Positions 1-12,287 of a DNA stretch of 35,295 bases are shown here, one piece after another. The notes under the pieces are model-generated. The model did not search any database and was not told where the DNA came from. It saw only the letters and a program-made list of their open reading frames with translations. Where the stretch lies: the NCBI RefSeq assembly GCF_004010195.1, contig NC_057719.1:66800421-66835715 (forward strand), in the 5' to 3' direction. Source of the DNA: Chiloscyllium plagiosum (lineage: Eukaryota). The position numbers and the translations under genes were made by a program. The stretch's first letter is position 1, and the number at the start of each line of letters is the position of its first letter.

Positions 1-273
1 CTCATGATGGTGCAGCCAAGCCCAAAATCTGTAAGCAACTTATTTCCTTGTAACTTAGTCTGGGTGGGATTTAGATTTCCAACAATCTGGTTTTCGAGAA
101 AGTCCTGGCACTTACCACCAAACTACATGATTGGAGGAATCTACGATGGACTTTGAAAACCCAGCTTGGTGATGTCATCACCTTTTCAGCAAACAAGGTA
201 CTTGTTAAAATTGAAATACCCTGGTCCTAGACTCAGAACCACCTTAGCAAGTATAGTGAATAGGAAAACATAC

Positions 274-370
274 CGCTTTTTGTTTGAAAACCCAAGGCTT
301 TGTGAAGAATCTGCTAGTATTTTCCGTTTCCATGTCGGAGTCGTCATTATTGGAGTTCCTGAAGATGTTG
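274..370 (-). CDS. ARHGAP11A: ARHGAP11A coding exon 8 (ATSSGTPIMTTPTWKRKILADSSQSLGFSNKKR); gene continues beyond the window
   Basis: ttattag| acceptor, phase 1; resembles human SPVILTPNAKRTLPVDSSHGFSSKKR; CG|gtatgt donor after 97 bp; read-through loses similarity and reaches a stop. Confidence 0.85.
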
Positions 371-1202
371 CTAATAAATTTTTTTAAATGATATTGATTA
401 TTACATAATGTTACTTATTATGTAAACACAAATATAAAATGTTGTATATGGGAAATCGTTGGGAGATTAAACCAAAGCACATTCTATTTAATATAACTAA
501 TCAGTCTTGCCTTAATTGGAAACCATCTAAATTAAGTACTACCAGTTCCAATATACTATGACAGGTTAGGCATTCAAAAAGCTCCATGTAATATTACACA
601 GGCCTATACCCCCATGATACAACCTACTGATTTCATGAATTGCCTCACCAATCTGGTTTACACCAAGCTAAAAGTTAGACATTCAACAAACGTTTCAGTA
701 CAGGAGGAACAAGATATGTTTAATAAGACATTACCCCATAAAGCCTTTCCTCATTTTTAATATTTCATGTATACTATCTATAATACTTGTGAATGTTTAT
801 GATCGAATCCAAGGAAAATATCTATATCACAACCCCTTCTGATCAGCTAAATTCTACATTCTCTTTAAGCTAGAGGATGCATGCAAACTTAAAGAGCTGC
901 AAGGTCAAACCAAAAAGCCTGTCACTTTTGATTACTGGACACTAAAACAATGTGATAGTCTCAACTTTAATACGCAAAGGTATTAACACCATCACACCAT
1001 GGCTTCAACTATAAAGCATATGACCCATTTTAGCAATTTTTGAAAAGACATGTTTACTGAACTTTTAGGTAATGGATAATAGTAAACAGTAGAAACAATG
1101 CATTTACAAGAGTACAAGTTTCACTATTCTCAAGTTGCCAACTTTCAACATAATACAACTATTGATCTGAAGGTCCAACTACTTTAAATTCATTGTTGTA
1201 TA

Positions 1203-1896
1203 CTATATATACTCGTGTATAGGTAGAATTTTGAAGATAGTTTTTTAAAGTTGAAATTAGAAAGTCAACTAATACACGAGGTACTATTTTTGAGGGGATG
1301 AAATTCATGCTTGGCATGAGCCAAAAAATGGACAAACAAGAACTAGACCTCTTATTAAAATAATAAACAACAAAAGGAAAAAGAATTATGGCCATTATTG
1401 AACAGTTATCCACAAAATAACTGTCTCCATTGTGCCTGCTACAGTACAATAGTACAGTAGACCCCCGTACCTGCAGGGGATACGCTTCAAGACCTATTCC
1501 AGGAGCCCGAAATCGCAGATCGGTGCAAACCCATTCGTTTAAATGGGAAATTTACCTTCCCAGTAGCCCCCGGTCGTTCTGGTACGTTCCCTGTAATATG
1601 TTCAGGACGCGGTAAACCGCAGGTAACTGAAACTACGGAAACTGACTCTGCGGATATGATGGTCCCCCTATACTGTCATAACATTATAGTAATTCTGAAA
1701 ACCTGAGGCAGAGCATGGCGACTGACAGACTGGAAGACCCGGAACGGAGCACTATGGCCAGCAAACTGGAAAGCCAGAGCGAATGGGCAGGCTCACTGAC
1801 TCAAATGTAAATGTGAAGCACTAGGGTTCCCTTATATACAATATGGAAAATACAGATTTTTTTGGCCAAAAAGGGTCAACTTATACATGAATATAG
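1203..1896. mobile_element. Older Tc2/pogo-like non-autonomous DNA transposon hosting the MITE
   Basis: Left end ctatatatactcgtgtataggtaga and right end tcaacttatacatgaatatag are imperfect inverted repeats; an internal subterminal copy gtcaactaatacacgag lies near 1264. Confidence 0.45.
1455..1675. mobile_element. Tigger/pogo-type MITE
   Basis: TA|CAGTAGACCCCCGTACCTGCAGGGGATACG start and ...ccgcaggtaactgaaac...gcggatat...tactg end resemble Tigger-family (MER44/MER8-like) termini; CpG-rich relative to the flanks. Confidence 0.7.
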
Positions 1897-2135
1897 ATGA
1901 TATCTTAGCGAATCCTTGAGGCTTGAATCCTTGTTGAGTATGTACAAAATACTTGAGTGTTTTTTTATTTCTTCAGCGCTTATTTCCCCATTTCAATGCA
2001 CTCTCTCTCTAGCTCAGATTCTCTTTACATATGATTTTAATTATTACAAAAAAAATCAAAATTGTTCAGACATATGATACCACTTCAAACAGGTAGGATT
2101 GAACTAAGACCTTCTGGCCAAGACATAGGGACAGC

Positions 2136-2178
2136 ACTACTACTACTACTACTACAACTATAACTACAACAACAACAA
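2136..2178. repeat. Compound (CTA)n/(CAA)n microsatellite
   Basis: ctactactactactactacaactataactacaacaacaacaa. Confidence 0.9.
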
Positions 2179-2777
2179 GACTGAACAATGGATAGCGTTT
2201 ATATTTATAGAAGAAAAAAAATGAATCCTCCTGTACTTGAGTAGTTGTCAAGGAAGATTAGCATATGTGATCAAAAGTTGCCTATTACTTCTGGGTTATC
2301 GAGCAATGGAAACATGAGCATACGCTGCTCTAAAAACTAATATATTATTGACCTTCAGTACTTCTCTTACCGGTACCATATTTCAACTCCGTGGTCCGAT
2401 ATAGTTTGTGTGCACAATCCAATTACATTTCTGCTGCTTCGTCAGTTATAGAGTCTTCTGTGTAGGTGGATCTGGCCCTACTCATCAAGATTTTAACAAC
2501 ATGGTGTAGATAAGACTATTGATTATTACAAATTAAGAAATTGGTTATTTACAAATTGGCCTGTTTAATATCAAATACTATAATGTTTGAGGATTCCATT
2601 TGGACAGAGCGGGGTGGGGAGAAGTACAAGGCATGGAGGTTAGAATTTGTTATAATTTACAGTAGGTTTAGTGAACCTGGAACAAACATCATGTTGCAGC
2701 ATTCCTACACACATTTACTTCATTCTTTTGTCTAAATAGGCTATTAAATATTTAATTTATTATTTTGTCATACATAC

Positions 2778-2852
2778 CAGATAAGTCAAGTTGAGGAGTA
2801 GCAGAAGGTGTTCGATTTGCTTTAAGTTTACTTAATGCCCCGCTAACTATAT
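2778..2852 (-). CDS. ARHGAP11A: ARHGAP11A coding exon 7 (DIVSGALSKLKANRTPSATPQLDLS)
   Basis: Within ORF 2752..2964; tttcag| acceptor and G|gtatgt donor, 75 bp, phase 1 to 1; matches human DFVSGALNKFKPNRTPSITPQ. Confidence 0.95.
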
Positions 2853-3067
2853 CTGAAATGTAAGCACAAAATAATATTAAAATCCACATTAATCTTTCAA
2901 CAGTACTTTTGCCTATTTTTGTCTTTCCAAAGCATGGAGCAAAATATAAAAGACACTTGTTCACTTGTCATAGCTAGACGACATAAGCAGCAGAATGCAT
3001 TTACAAACTTATCAAGGTATAACTTCTCAAAAAAGAAGTCCTACTGCAGAGACAGAATTCTACTAAC

Positions 3068-3214
3068 CTCCAACACTACGTCGCCTTCGCCTCTTGCAAC
3101 CCTCTATTGTTGAGCCATCGACATCCTCCAAATGTTCTAATGAAGGCGTGGTAGATTCTCCATAAACACCAATCATTCCTGGAACTTTTTCCAAAACAAA
3201 CTCTGGAACACGGC
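3068..3214 (-). CDS. ARHGAP11A: ARHGAP11A coding exon 6 ([16 protein letters not shown]...TPSLE...KRRRRRSVG)
   Basis: Manual translation; ttaag| acceptor and G|gttagt donor, 147 bp, phase 1 to 1; matches human GRVPDFILEKIPAMLG...KRKRRQSVG. Confidence 0.95.
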
Positions 3215-4489
3215 CTTAAATTGATAGAAATAATTATTAAAGACAATGTGAAACCTAAAGTATTCGCCAGTACAAAAATGCAATATCAATATTGACACAC
3301 AAAAAAAGATACAGCCACATTAGAGCAAGTTGAAGTTACAATGAAATATTGCTACCACAGAATTGCTGCTGTCTTTTCATAGAAAATTTCAGTGAATTAT
3401 AAGAAATGTGAAGAATGCTGAGAGAGCTGCAGGAGAGCAAATTATGCCAGTTTTTAAACATGTGTTCACCAGAAAAATGTAGAAAAATACCCCAGACAAT
3501 TTACATAAGTATAGCCAGGTAAAAGAAAATCAATATTAAGGCTGTTAGTCAGTTAGGAGGCATTTTACCCTTTAACAGGAAGTGAAAACAATCAAGGTGG
3601 GCTGGCAGAGATATCGATTGCAGCCCCCTCCCCATTCCACTTCCCAATAACTAAGTTCTAGAAAGGAATGTTCATGGTTAACTTGCATGGCCTTCAACTA
3701 ATTAAGGCTTTGAAGTGAGCAATTAACTACCAAATCAAGCCAGTGGCTCTTTTGGTGGAAGCAAAAAAAAAGTGGTTGCTTTCCCAATTACATGTTTGCC
3801 TACCAGATTTTGTTTTGAAGCATCTCCATTTGCCTCACTTTTGATTGACCTGGGGCACGGTTGGGGATAAAGGTTGCCTTTAAAGGCCATCTGCCTCCAT
3901 TGCATTAGATCTCCTCTTCCCACCAAAATAAAACTTATCTTCTCACCGGTCTCAATATTAATTTCTGCTGCACATGCTGACAGACTGGGTCTTCAACATA
4001 GCTCTGCAGCTCATTGTCTTCAACTAGCTGACAGCTTCATGCAAGGCAGCATGTTTTGGTTGTTGACCATGATAGGACAAGAACAGCACCAGTGATCAAT
4101 TAACACTTGATCCAGTGGGGTTTCTGATGGAGGGGGGAGATGGTTGGAATGCATCTAGTATACTTCTCAGCTTGTCTGAACATTTTGTTGGTAATTAAAT
4201 TCAGGAGTCACAGGCCACTGTTCTTAGGTTTACCAACTCCATGTTTACTTTGAACTGCTTTCCAATTGACTTTGACTTTCCCACATAAAGTCACAGAGAT
4301 GCAAGGCATGTAAGTAGATCCTTTGGTCCAACTCATTCATGCTGAACAGATATCCTAAATTAATCAAGCCCCATATTTGCCAGCACTTGGCCCTTATCCC
4401 TCTAAACCCTACCTATTCATGTACCTATCTAGATGCCTTTTAAATGTTGCAACTATATCAGCCTCCACCACTTCCTCTGCCAGCTCATT

Positions 4490-4490
<1 letters not shown>

Positions 4491-4570
<80 letters not shown>
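4491..4570. repeat. (CA)n microsatellite expanded within the CR1 copy
   Basis: About 80 bp of interrupted CA repeat; the sister copy has only catacacc here. Confidence 0.98.
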
Positions 4571-4905
4571 ACCCTTTGCGTGAAAAAGTTACCTTTTAGT
4601 TGCCTTTTAAATCTTACCCCTCTTACCCTAAACCTATGCCCTCTAGTTCTGGACTACCCCACCCCAGGGAAAAGACTTTACCCTATCCATGCCCCTCATG
4701 ATTTTATAAACCCCTAAGATCACCCCTCAGCCTCCAACGCTCCAAGGAAAACAGCCCCAGCCTATTCAGCCTCTCCCTATAGCTCAAACTCTCCAACCCT
4801 GATAACATCATTGTACAGCTTTTCACAAGTTTCACAATATCCTTCCTATAGCAGGGAGACTAGAATTGCATACAATATTCCAAAATTGGCCTAACCAATG
4901 TCCTG

Positions 4906-4980
4906 ACAGACTTCTGGAGCTGGTGGGACTTGAACCCAGGCCTCCTGGCTCAAAGACAGGTTCACTACCATTGTGCCACA
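4906..4980 (-). mobile_element. tRNA-derived SINE head fragment
   Basis: Minus strand TGTGGCACAATGGTAG...GGGTTCAAGTCCCAC carries Pol III A-box and B-box at tRNA-like spacing. Confidence 0.7.
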
Positions 4981-4990
4981 TTAAAAAATT

Positions 4991-5119
4991 CATTCCCGAC
5001 GAAGGGCTTTTGCCCGAGACATAGATTTTCCTGCTCCTCGGATGTTGCCTGACCTGCTGTGCTTTTCCAGCACCACTAATCTCAACTCTGATCTCCAGCA
5101 TCTGCAGTCCTCACTTTCA
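4991..5119 (+). mobile_element. Penelope-like terminal repeat fragment with a degenerate hammerhead motif
   Basis: CCGACGA-aGGGC-tttt-GCCC-GAGA followed by ...gacctgctgtgcttttccagca...; related to the 13370-13590 element. Confidence 0.65.
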
Positions 5120-7204
5120 CCTAACCAATGTCCTGCACAGCCACAACATGACCTCCCAACTCGTACACTCTATGCTCTGACCAATAAGGAAAGTGCACCA
5201 AACTCCTTCTTCACTACCCTATAGAATTACGACTCCACTTTCAAGGAACTATGAACCTACACTCAAAGGTCTCCAATACTCCCTAGGATCTTACCATAAG
5301 TGTAAACATCCTGTCCAAATTTGCCTTTCCAAAATGCAGCACTTCACATTTATCTAAATTAAACTCCATTTTCCACTCCTCAGCCCATTGCTTGTGGGCT
5401 GTGAAGTCTCGTAGATCCATGAGGTTATCATTGACAACCAAATAGTCATAAAATTGTCCTTTGATGTCCTTAAGGCTATTGTGAGTTGGATAGTAATTGT
5501 TTGGTGCTCAGTCCAGTGGAAAGCACAGCTTCAAGAGACATTTGTTCACCTGATGGGGAGTGTAGGAAAATCAAATCACTAAAGTGATCAGATTGAGAGT
5601 CTATGTCCACGTATCCTATGTCACTCCCCGTTTTTCCCTTCCATTAAAAAAAATAGCCACTGCCAAACAGCTTTCATGAAGTCTCATTAGAGAGCTTCAC
5701 TCAGTGCTGCAATGATGAAGCAATCATGTTAGGAAAGCTGGTCTCCTCTCAAGTTCTTTTGTCAAGTTCAGACATTCCACTCTCCAATTATATAGTTTTT
5801 GCTTCTTTGACTTTGATCTTTTTCAACCACTTAGTGGATGATCTGCCATCTGCAGTAAGCTTATCAGATGTTTACAGGCCAGGCAGTATTGGATGTACCT
5901 TTTCCAACTCCCTCCTTTACAACAGTTGCTGTGCTGTCCTAAAGTAAGCTGCCCAGTCACCTTTAATGCTGTCAAAACTCTCTGCTACCCTAGCTACAGA
6001 CTCAAGTCTGGTCCTATTGCCATCTATGTACAGGTTTCTAATATAACTGCTGGAGGTCACTTCCCGTTGTTGTTTTACCACAGTTCTAGAGCCGCAGAAA
6101 GAGAGGTTCGTACAAAAACATGAGATAAAGTGGAAGAACCATTGCAAAGGAACAATCACACTTATGCATTCGCAGAAACATAGCTTTGGCGGTATGGAGA
6201 ACCATTATAACTGGAGACTTGTTTGGCTGCCGTGGATAACCATGATATCTTTTGGGTTTTGTCATGCTCTTCATGCTTTCCTCATAGTGGTTCGCTGAAC
6301 AGTCTTTTTGATAACTGAATCAAACAGGTGAAACAAACAGCATATTCTTTTGCACAAAAGGCAACAAAATAATTTCAGACCATTAAGTGATTAATGGAGA
6401 ATAAAATTGTCTAGTAACATAAGGATGTACATAAGCAAATCAGAAGATGATTAGAGATCATTATAGACCATTGAGGATATCTTACGGTTTGGTTTGAATC
6501 TATCCTAAGGTAAAGCAGTAGTGTTAAGTCACTACTTTACACCGTCTTTATTCCTATGGATGATGCTCAATTTTCAGCTGTGTAAAATAGATTGTGCTGA
6601 CCGTCTGGGTGGTTTTCTCCTGAGATCATTAAAAAGACAGGCTGAATGTGTTTTGTCAGCCACTTTTCTGTATCTTAGCACATTGATGGCAGTACCAGAA
6701 CCAGAGTAAAAAATGCTCACTAGTCTGATTTTCACAAAGAGACCAAATAAATTCATTAGAGCGAAGTCAGTCATAGAAAAATGCTGGAAGAGTCAAGAAC
6801 AGATGCTGTTTATGATTTTGAAAAGAGAATTCAGTGCTTCTGGAAATGGAAGATAGTTTTGTTGGATTTCTTTTAAAAAAAAACTGGTTACTTTTTAAAA
6901 AATGATTGGGAAATTTTTGATTGAAGTTGCTAAAGTGCCATGCCAAATTACTAACTTTATTTTCCAAAGTCTTATCGATTAAAAAGTATTTTGGAAAATT
7001 ATTTTCATTTTGATTAATTGTATTGTCACTCATAGGCAAGCTCAGGCTTAATATTAACTTCTGGATTTGTCATTTAAAATGTGTGATGCACTCTTAGTTT
7101 TTTCCTCCAACTTTAAGTTAAACCCTATTCAAATCATTCATGTGGTTATAATTTGCAAGCAGAGATAAGTCACCGTTTGCTCTGAGCACTCCAATTAGCC
7201 AAAC

Positions 7205-7260
7205 TGCTAGCAGGCCAAATAGCTTCCTTCTGTGTTCTAACTATTCTATGATTCTATGAA
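7205..7260 (+). mobile_element. CR1-type 3' tail remnant
   Basis: ggccaaatagcttccttctgtg followed by (ATTCTATG)2, the CR1 terminal octamer. Confidence 0.6.
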
Positions 7261-10200
7261 TTGGAACCCATAATCAACTGTGTTTCAAATATAAAAGAGA
7301 CAAGGAAACATTTAAATTTAAGTTATCGTATCAGAAAGCAGATTATCAAAAGTAAAATATGAATATGGCATCAGATTTCCAAGTATCAAATCACTTACAT
7401 GCAATGTTCTGTTTTGACACTCACTTAATCTGAGTGATCATAAAAACACAGTTATAGTATCAAAAAGATCAAGGACTTCTTCCAATTATCCAACACAAAG
7501 AAATCTTCTTTATTATCTTTACTCTGAACTTACACCCTCTCTGCAAGAATCAACATTCAATTTAATGACAAAAACAATGCTAATGGGCCTTCTAAAGTTT
7601 GAGAACTTATAACTGTTTCCAAAACAGCTGAGACAAATTATATTTAAAAGCATAGGTCCGAGGATGTACTTTCCAATATCTTGTTTGTCCTGAACAATAG
7701 CAGGATTTCCACCACTGAATAAGTTTCAACTAAAGAATAGATTGAGAGGGTTAACGGTTATTTAACTAGAATGACATGAGTCAATGGAACAACTCAGACC
7801 AAAATTCCCGTAGCTGAATTTCTTTAGTGGATCATGATCCCACCTATGACAATATCAGAACCAATTTCCGATGAGGCAAACAATTAAGTGGTCACCTCCA
7901 CTTAGCCTGCAACACAAGTCTAACCTCTGACATGATTCAAAATTTCAGCCCACTGTATCTAAACCAACTTAGTTTAAACTGTTAAATCCCACAGGACATA
8001 CCATTCTCACCTCAAGCATTTAACACAATTATATTAAATATTCCCATCAAATTAATCTGAACTTAAAATTTGCCACTTAACTTTTTTTTTCCCAGGTAAA
8101 TCAGTATGACAAAGGAGTCAGATTTCACTGGTCTGTGAATGGCACCAGACTGTTATGAATATGTATATTGGCCTGTAACTTATAAATTGCCAGTAGTTGG
8201 ATAACTTGCACTAATCAAAGTTAGTTTTTAAATAATGTTATGCTCAATCTTATGATTTTCATCAAAAATTATGCATCTCATTAATTTTGCCACAGAAAGA
8301 TAATTATGATTACATGTGCAAGTACCTTTATAACAGTGTCTATGATTAAATTACCAATCAACTTCTTGCCTACAAAAAGAAAAAGTCTAAGTATACTGCC
8401 CCATTCATTTATGTTGCAAATTAATTTGAAATTTCCAAAAATCTTCATTTCAGCTTTTACTGACATTTTTTCCATTTTGCCTCACTTTCTTTCCTTAATG
8501 TTTTCTTTCCATTTCTGACTAACATTGCATTTCTCTACTCTAGCTCATCTGTCCATTTCAACCCTAACTTTACAAAGCATCAAAAATCATTACCGATAGA
8601 GAAAGACTTTCTTTGGTTCGCCAAGATACCAGATGTTCTATTGTCCCATCTGCATCACTACTTGTTTGCACTTTCAGCAACTATGTGGGCAAAATTTTTA
8701 AAAATCTAAACGTGCAAGTTCAACAAGGGACAATACATCCAGCAAAATTTAAATCTTATAGACCTAGGATGAGACGTTGCCAAATATATTTAACTCTCCT
8801 ATTAACTAATTCAACCACAATTCTTGACTGTACAATACATTATACGTTAAGTATCATGGAAAATGTATGAACATTATTACCTCAAAGTACACTGTAAAGG
8901 ACGAGTTATTGACAGATTTAGAAAGAGTGACAAATGCTTAGAATCAAACAAAGTGATAAAGCCAAAATACTGCAAATTCGAAATATGATTAAATACCATA
9001 ATTGGAAAGCTATTAGAGGAATAACATTCAATAGAAAAAATGATTTTATCTTCATATGGTCTCTTTTAATAAATAGATTTAAAACAAATTTAAGAAACTT
9101 TGTAATGGTAAAGAGGAAATTTAAAAACACAGACACAGAAACATAAGCTTCGGAGCTAAGTGAATGCTGAAGCAAGAAAGAAAAGGAGAGATCATGAACA
9201 AGGTGACGGCAAATCTAAAAGGAACCAAGGGAACATCGGAGTCAGAAACTACAAACCCAAACATATCCGGTTAAAAAGAAATAAATTCTGAAAAAGCATC
9301 TTAGCAGTAAGTTCTCAAGGGAATAGTGCAAATAAAAAAGTGGAGTTTATTTCAGGTAATTAAAGAGCAAACAGCTAATAGCAAGTGATGATAAAGAGAG
9401 ATAATCATGATTTTTTTATTTAAATATATTTTGACTCATTGGTCATTTATCCTGTGAGCTTAAATACTGAAGATTATTGTTCCTCAGGGCACAGGAGTAG
9501 AAGGTAAGAAAAAAAACAAACATCATTTTTGCATTCTTCTGATGTTTCTGAGCATGCATTTCCAGGGACAACAATCAAAAAGGGCAAAGCTATCTGTTAC
9601 TCTCTCTAACCAGGCCACAAGAGATCAACTGTACAAAAAACTTCATAACAGAGATAAATTAGGTCAATACAAGCAGTAACTCAATATTAATTGCTAGTAA
9701 CACAGAGGACAGAGTTACTTATCTACTGATCTAGAAAGGAATTAAAATAGGTATTTGATTTGTGTTTTTGTACTGCAAGCTACTCTACATTATGTAATTC
9801 ATTTGGCATCGTTGTAGTTCAATGGAAACCACAACAATTCAGGGAACAGGTGACAGCAAAATCGATAAGGTGCTTGGTAGGTACAACAAGTTATGTTTTT
9901 AACTAGCTACATTCTGCAAAGTTGCTCTTTCTGGAAGTAGTGTGCATTATTGAGTAAAGAAGTTTAAAGTCTACCAGCAGTTTAGCCAGACTATCTAAAA
10001 AACTGGTACAACTTCAAAATGTCTTTCCTGAACTTCTTTCTTGTGTGCTTAGAAGCACCTGTCCTTTTAATCCAAAATGATGGAATTGGAAGAAGTTCTG
10101 TAGAAATTAGCAAATCAGTTTTTAAAAATTATAAACTTACAATACAATATAATCTATATGAAAAGTTTTATACAGTATTGGTAACTAAATTTTAATATTT

Positions 10201-10804
10201 TTTCCCCTTATAAGACTAAAAAAAATGGTCTTGCTCCAATGAATCACTATTCTCCAGTTTATATATACTTGTATATTGCCAAATTCATTAGGAAGGCATA
10301 CAAACTCAACAGGAGATAAAATATGCTTAATAAACAAATTCTTTGAAATTCAATGCTAGTCAAATTACAACAGTTTACTACTTAAAAAAAGTTACAAAAG
10401 ATATGGTGTAATTATGCATCAAAGTAATCAATATGTTAAACCATTAGATGTTTCTTCAATGAGAAAAGTGTAAAAATTTGATCTATGATCAGAACATGCT
10501 TAACAAACCTACCACTGACTGACAAAAAACATTTATTTTCCTGGTCCTTAAGATACATTTTAATAAACATTTTGCCAGAAACACAAGAGATAACAATATT
10601 AAGCAGTTGAACAGACAACTGCCTTGGATATAACAATAAATAGTAATAGTGTGTCATGGAACCATATGTGTCAAATATTTTTGCCAAGTTTCTAATCTCA
10701 CTTATACTACAATAGGGAAACCACAAATGCCACTCTTCAACTAAAGAATAAATAGTAGAATACTATGATTCTGGAAGTCTAAAACAAAAACAGATATCGC
10801 TCAG

Positions 10805-12020
10805 CAGGTCATGCCTGACAAATCTGAGAGAATTCTTTAAGGAAGTAATGAGCAGGTTACTCCCAGTGGATGTTAACCACCTGGACTTCAAGAAGGCCTT
10901 TGACAAGGTGCCACACAGGAAGCTACCGAGTAAGATAAGCGCCCATGGTGCCAGAAGAAAAGGTGCTAGCATGGATAGAAGCTTGGCTGTCTGGCAGAAA
11001 GTGGGAATAAAAGGGTGCTTTTCAGGATGGCAGCAGACAACGTGGTGTCCCATAACACTCTGTGTTGGGACCACAGTTTTTCACTTTATGCATTAACAAT
11101 CTAGATGAAGGGACTGAGGGCATTCTGGCTCCGTTTGCAGAAGATACAAAAATAGATAGAGGGACAGGTAGCATTGAGGAGGCAAGGAGGCTGCAGAAGG
11201 ATTTGGACAGGTTAGGAGAATGGGCAAAATGTGGCAGATGAAGTACAACGTGGAAAAGTGAGAGGTCATGCACTTCGGTAGAAAGAATATAGGCATGGAC
11301 TATTTTCTCAGTGAGGTGAAAATTCAGAAGACTAAAGGGCAAAGAGACATGGGTGTTCTTCCAGGATTCCCTCCAGGAAAACTTGCAGATTGAGTCAGTA
11401 GTTAGGAAGGCAAATACAATGATGGCATTTATTTTGAGAGGACTTGAATATAAAAGCATGGATGGACTTAACAGGCTCTAATGAGACCACATTTGGAGTA
11501 TTGTGTGCAATTTTGGGCCTCATATCTCTGGAAGGATGTACTGGCCCTGAAGCGTGCTCAGAGGAGGTTCACGAGAATGGTCAGAGAATGAAAAGTTTAA
11601 CATATGAGGAATGTTTGAGGATTCTGAATTTATACTCGATGGAGTTTAGAAGGATGAGGGGGATCTAATTGAAACATACAGACTATTGAGTGGACTGGAC
11701 AGAGTAGATGGTGGGAAGATGTTCCCATTGGTAGGAGAGACTAGGACCCAAGGACATAGTGTTAGGGTAAAGGGAAGACCTTTTAGAATGGAGTGAAGAA
11801 ATTTCCAGAGCCAGAGAGTAGTGAATCTGTGGAATTCACTGCCATAGAAGGCTGTGGAGGCCAGTCATTGAATATATTTAAGACTGAGATAGATACGTTC
11901 TTGAATATCAAGGGTATCAAGAGGTATGGGAGAAAGTGGGACAATAGGGTTGAGAAACTTATCAGCAGAGCAAACTCGAAGGGCTGAATGGTCTAATTTC
12001 TGCTCTTATGTCTTATGGTC
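10805..12020 (+). mobile_element. 5'-truncated CR1-clade LINE, different subfamily, frameshifted reverse transcriptase
   Basis: LDFKKAFDKVPH in ORF 10848..11096; FAED (degenerate FADD); LYSMEFRRMRG; 3' tail gggctgaatggtctaatttctgctcttatgtcttatgg. Confidence 0.92.
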
Positions 12021-12123
12021 TGGCAGCAACTCAACACCACTGAATTTAGTCAATTTAGAATGGCAGTGGTAGATTTGCAAGTGACAGAAGGGAAAAAGAG
12101 ACATAACAGAAGACAATACATAC

Positions 12124-12287
12124 CAATTTGTTCACAATTTTCAATTAGTTTATGCACAGTTGCAGCTTGGAGCTGGAGCCGTCTCTCTGTTATTGCAGTT
12201 GACTTTTCATTTCCTTCACCAGAATGGAACAAATTTGGTGCAAATACTACAGCAAGATTACTGGCATCCATTTTGTTCTCTTCTGAC
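12124..12287 (-). CDS. ARHGAP11A: ARHGAP11A coding exon 5 (SEENKMDASNLAVVFAPNL...LQAATVHKLIENCEQI)
   Basis: Within ORF 12050..12307; tag| acceptor and G|gtatgt donor, 164 bp, phase 2 to 1; NKMxxxNLAxVFAPNL RhoGAP motif. Confidence 0.97.

Larger units (their letters stand above)
4288..5390 (-). mobile_element. 5'-truncated CR1-clade LINE, interrupted by a (CA)n tract and a 214-bp insertion
   Basis: Collinear with the 22378-23332 copy (e.g. cctttggtccaactcat, agcctccacc, aaattaaactccat); decayed C-terminus of CR1 ORF2 plus 3' UTR. Confidence 0.9.

Noticed and set aside
4906..4980. Functional tRNA gene
   Set aside because: A and B boxes are present but there is no complete cloverleaf or acceptor stem, and it sits in a TSD-bounded insert; treated as a SINE head.
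5726..6300. Cluster of short overlapping ORFs in intron 5
   Set aside because: No recognisable motif in any frame; may be a decayed transposon but cannot be supported.
7813..7951. Possible Harbinger-like MITE (gctgaattt...aaatttcagccc)
   Set aside because: The inverted repeat is too short and degenerate, with no clear TSD.
12124..12287. ARHGAP11B-like identity or cryptic donor in exon 5
   Set aside because: ARHGAP11B is a human-specific duplicate; here the equivalent codons read CGG CTC CAG with no GT, and the exon continues in the ARHGAP11A frame.
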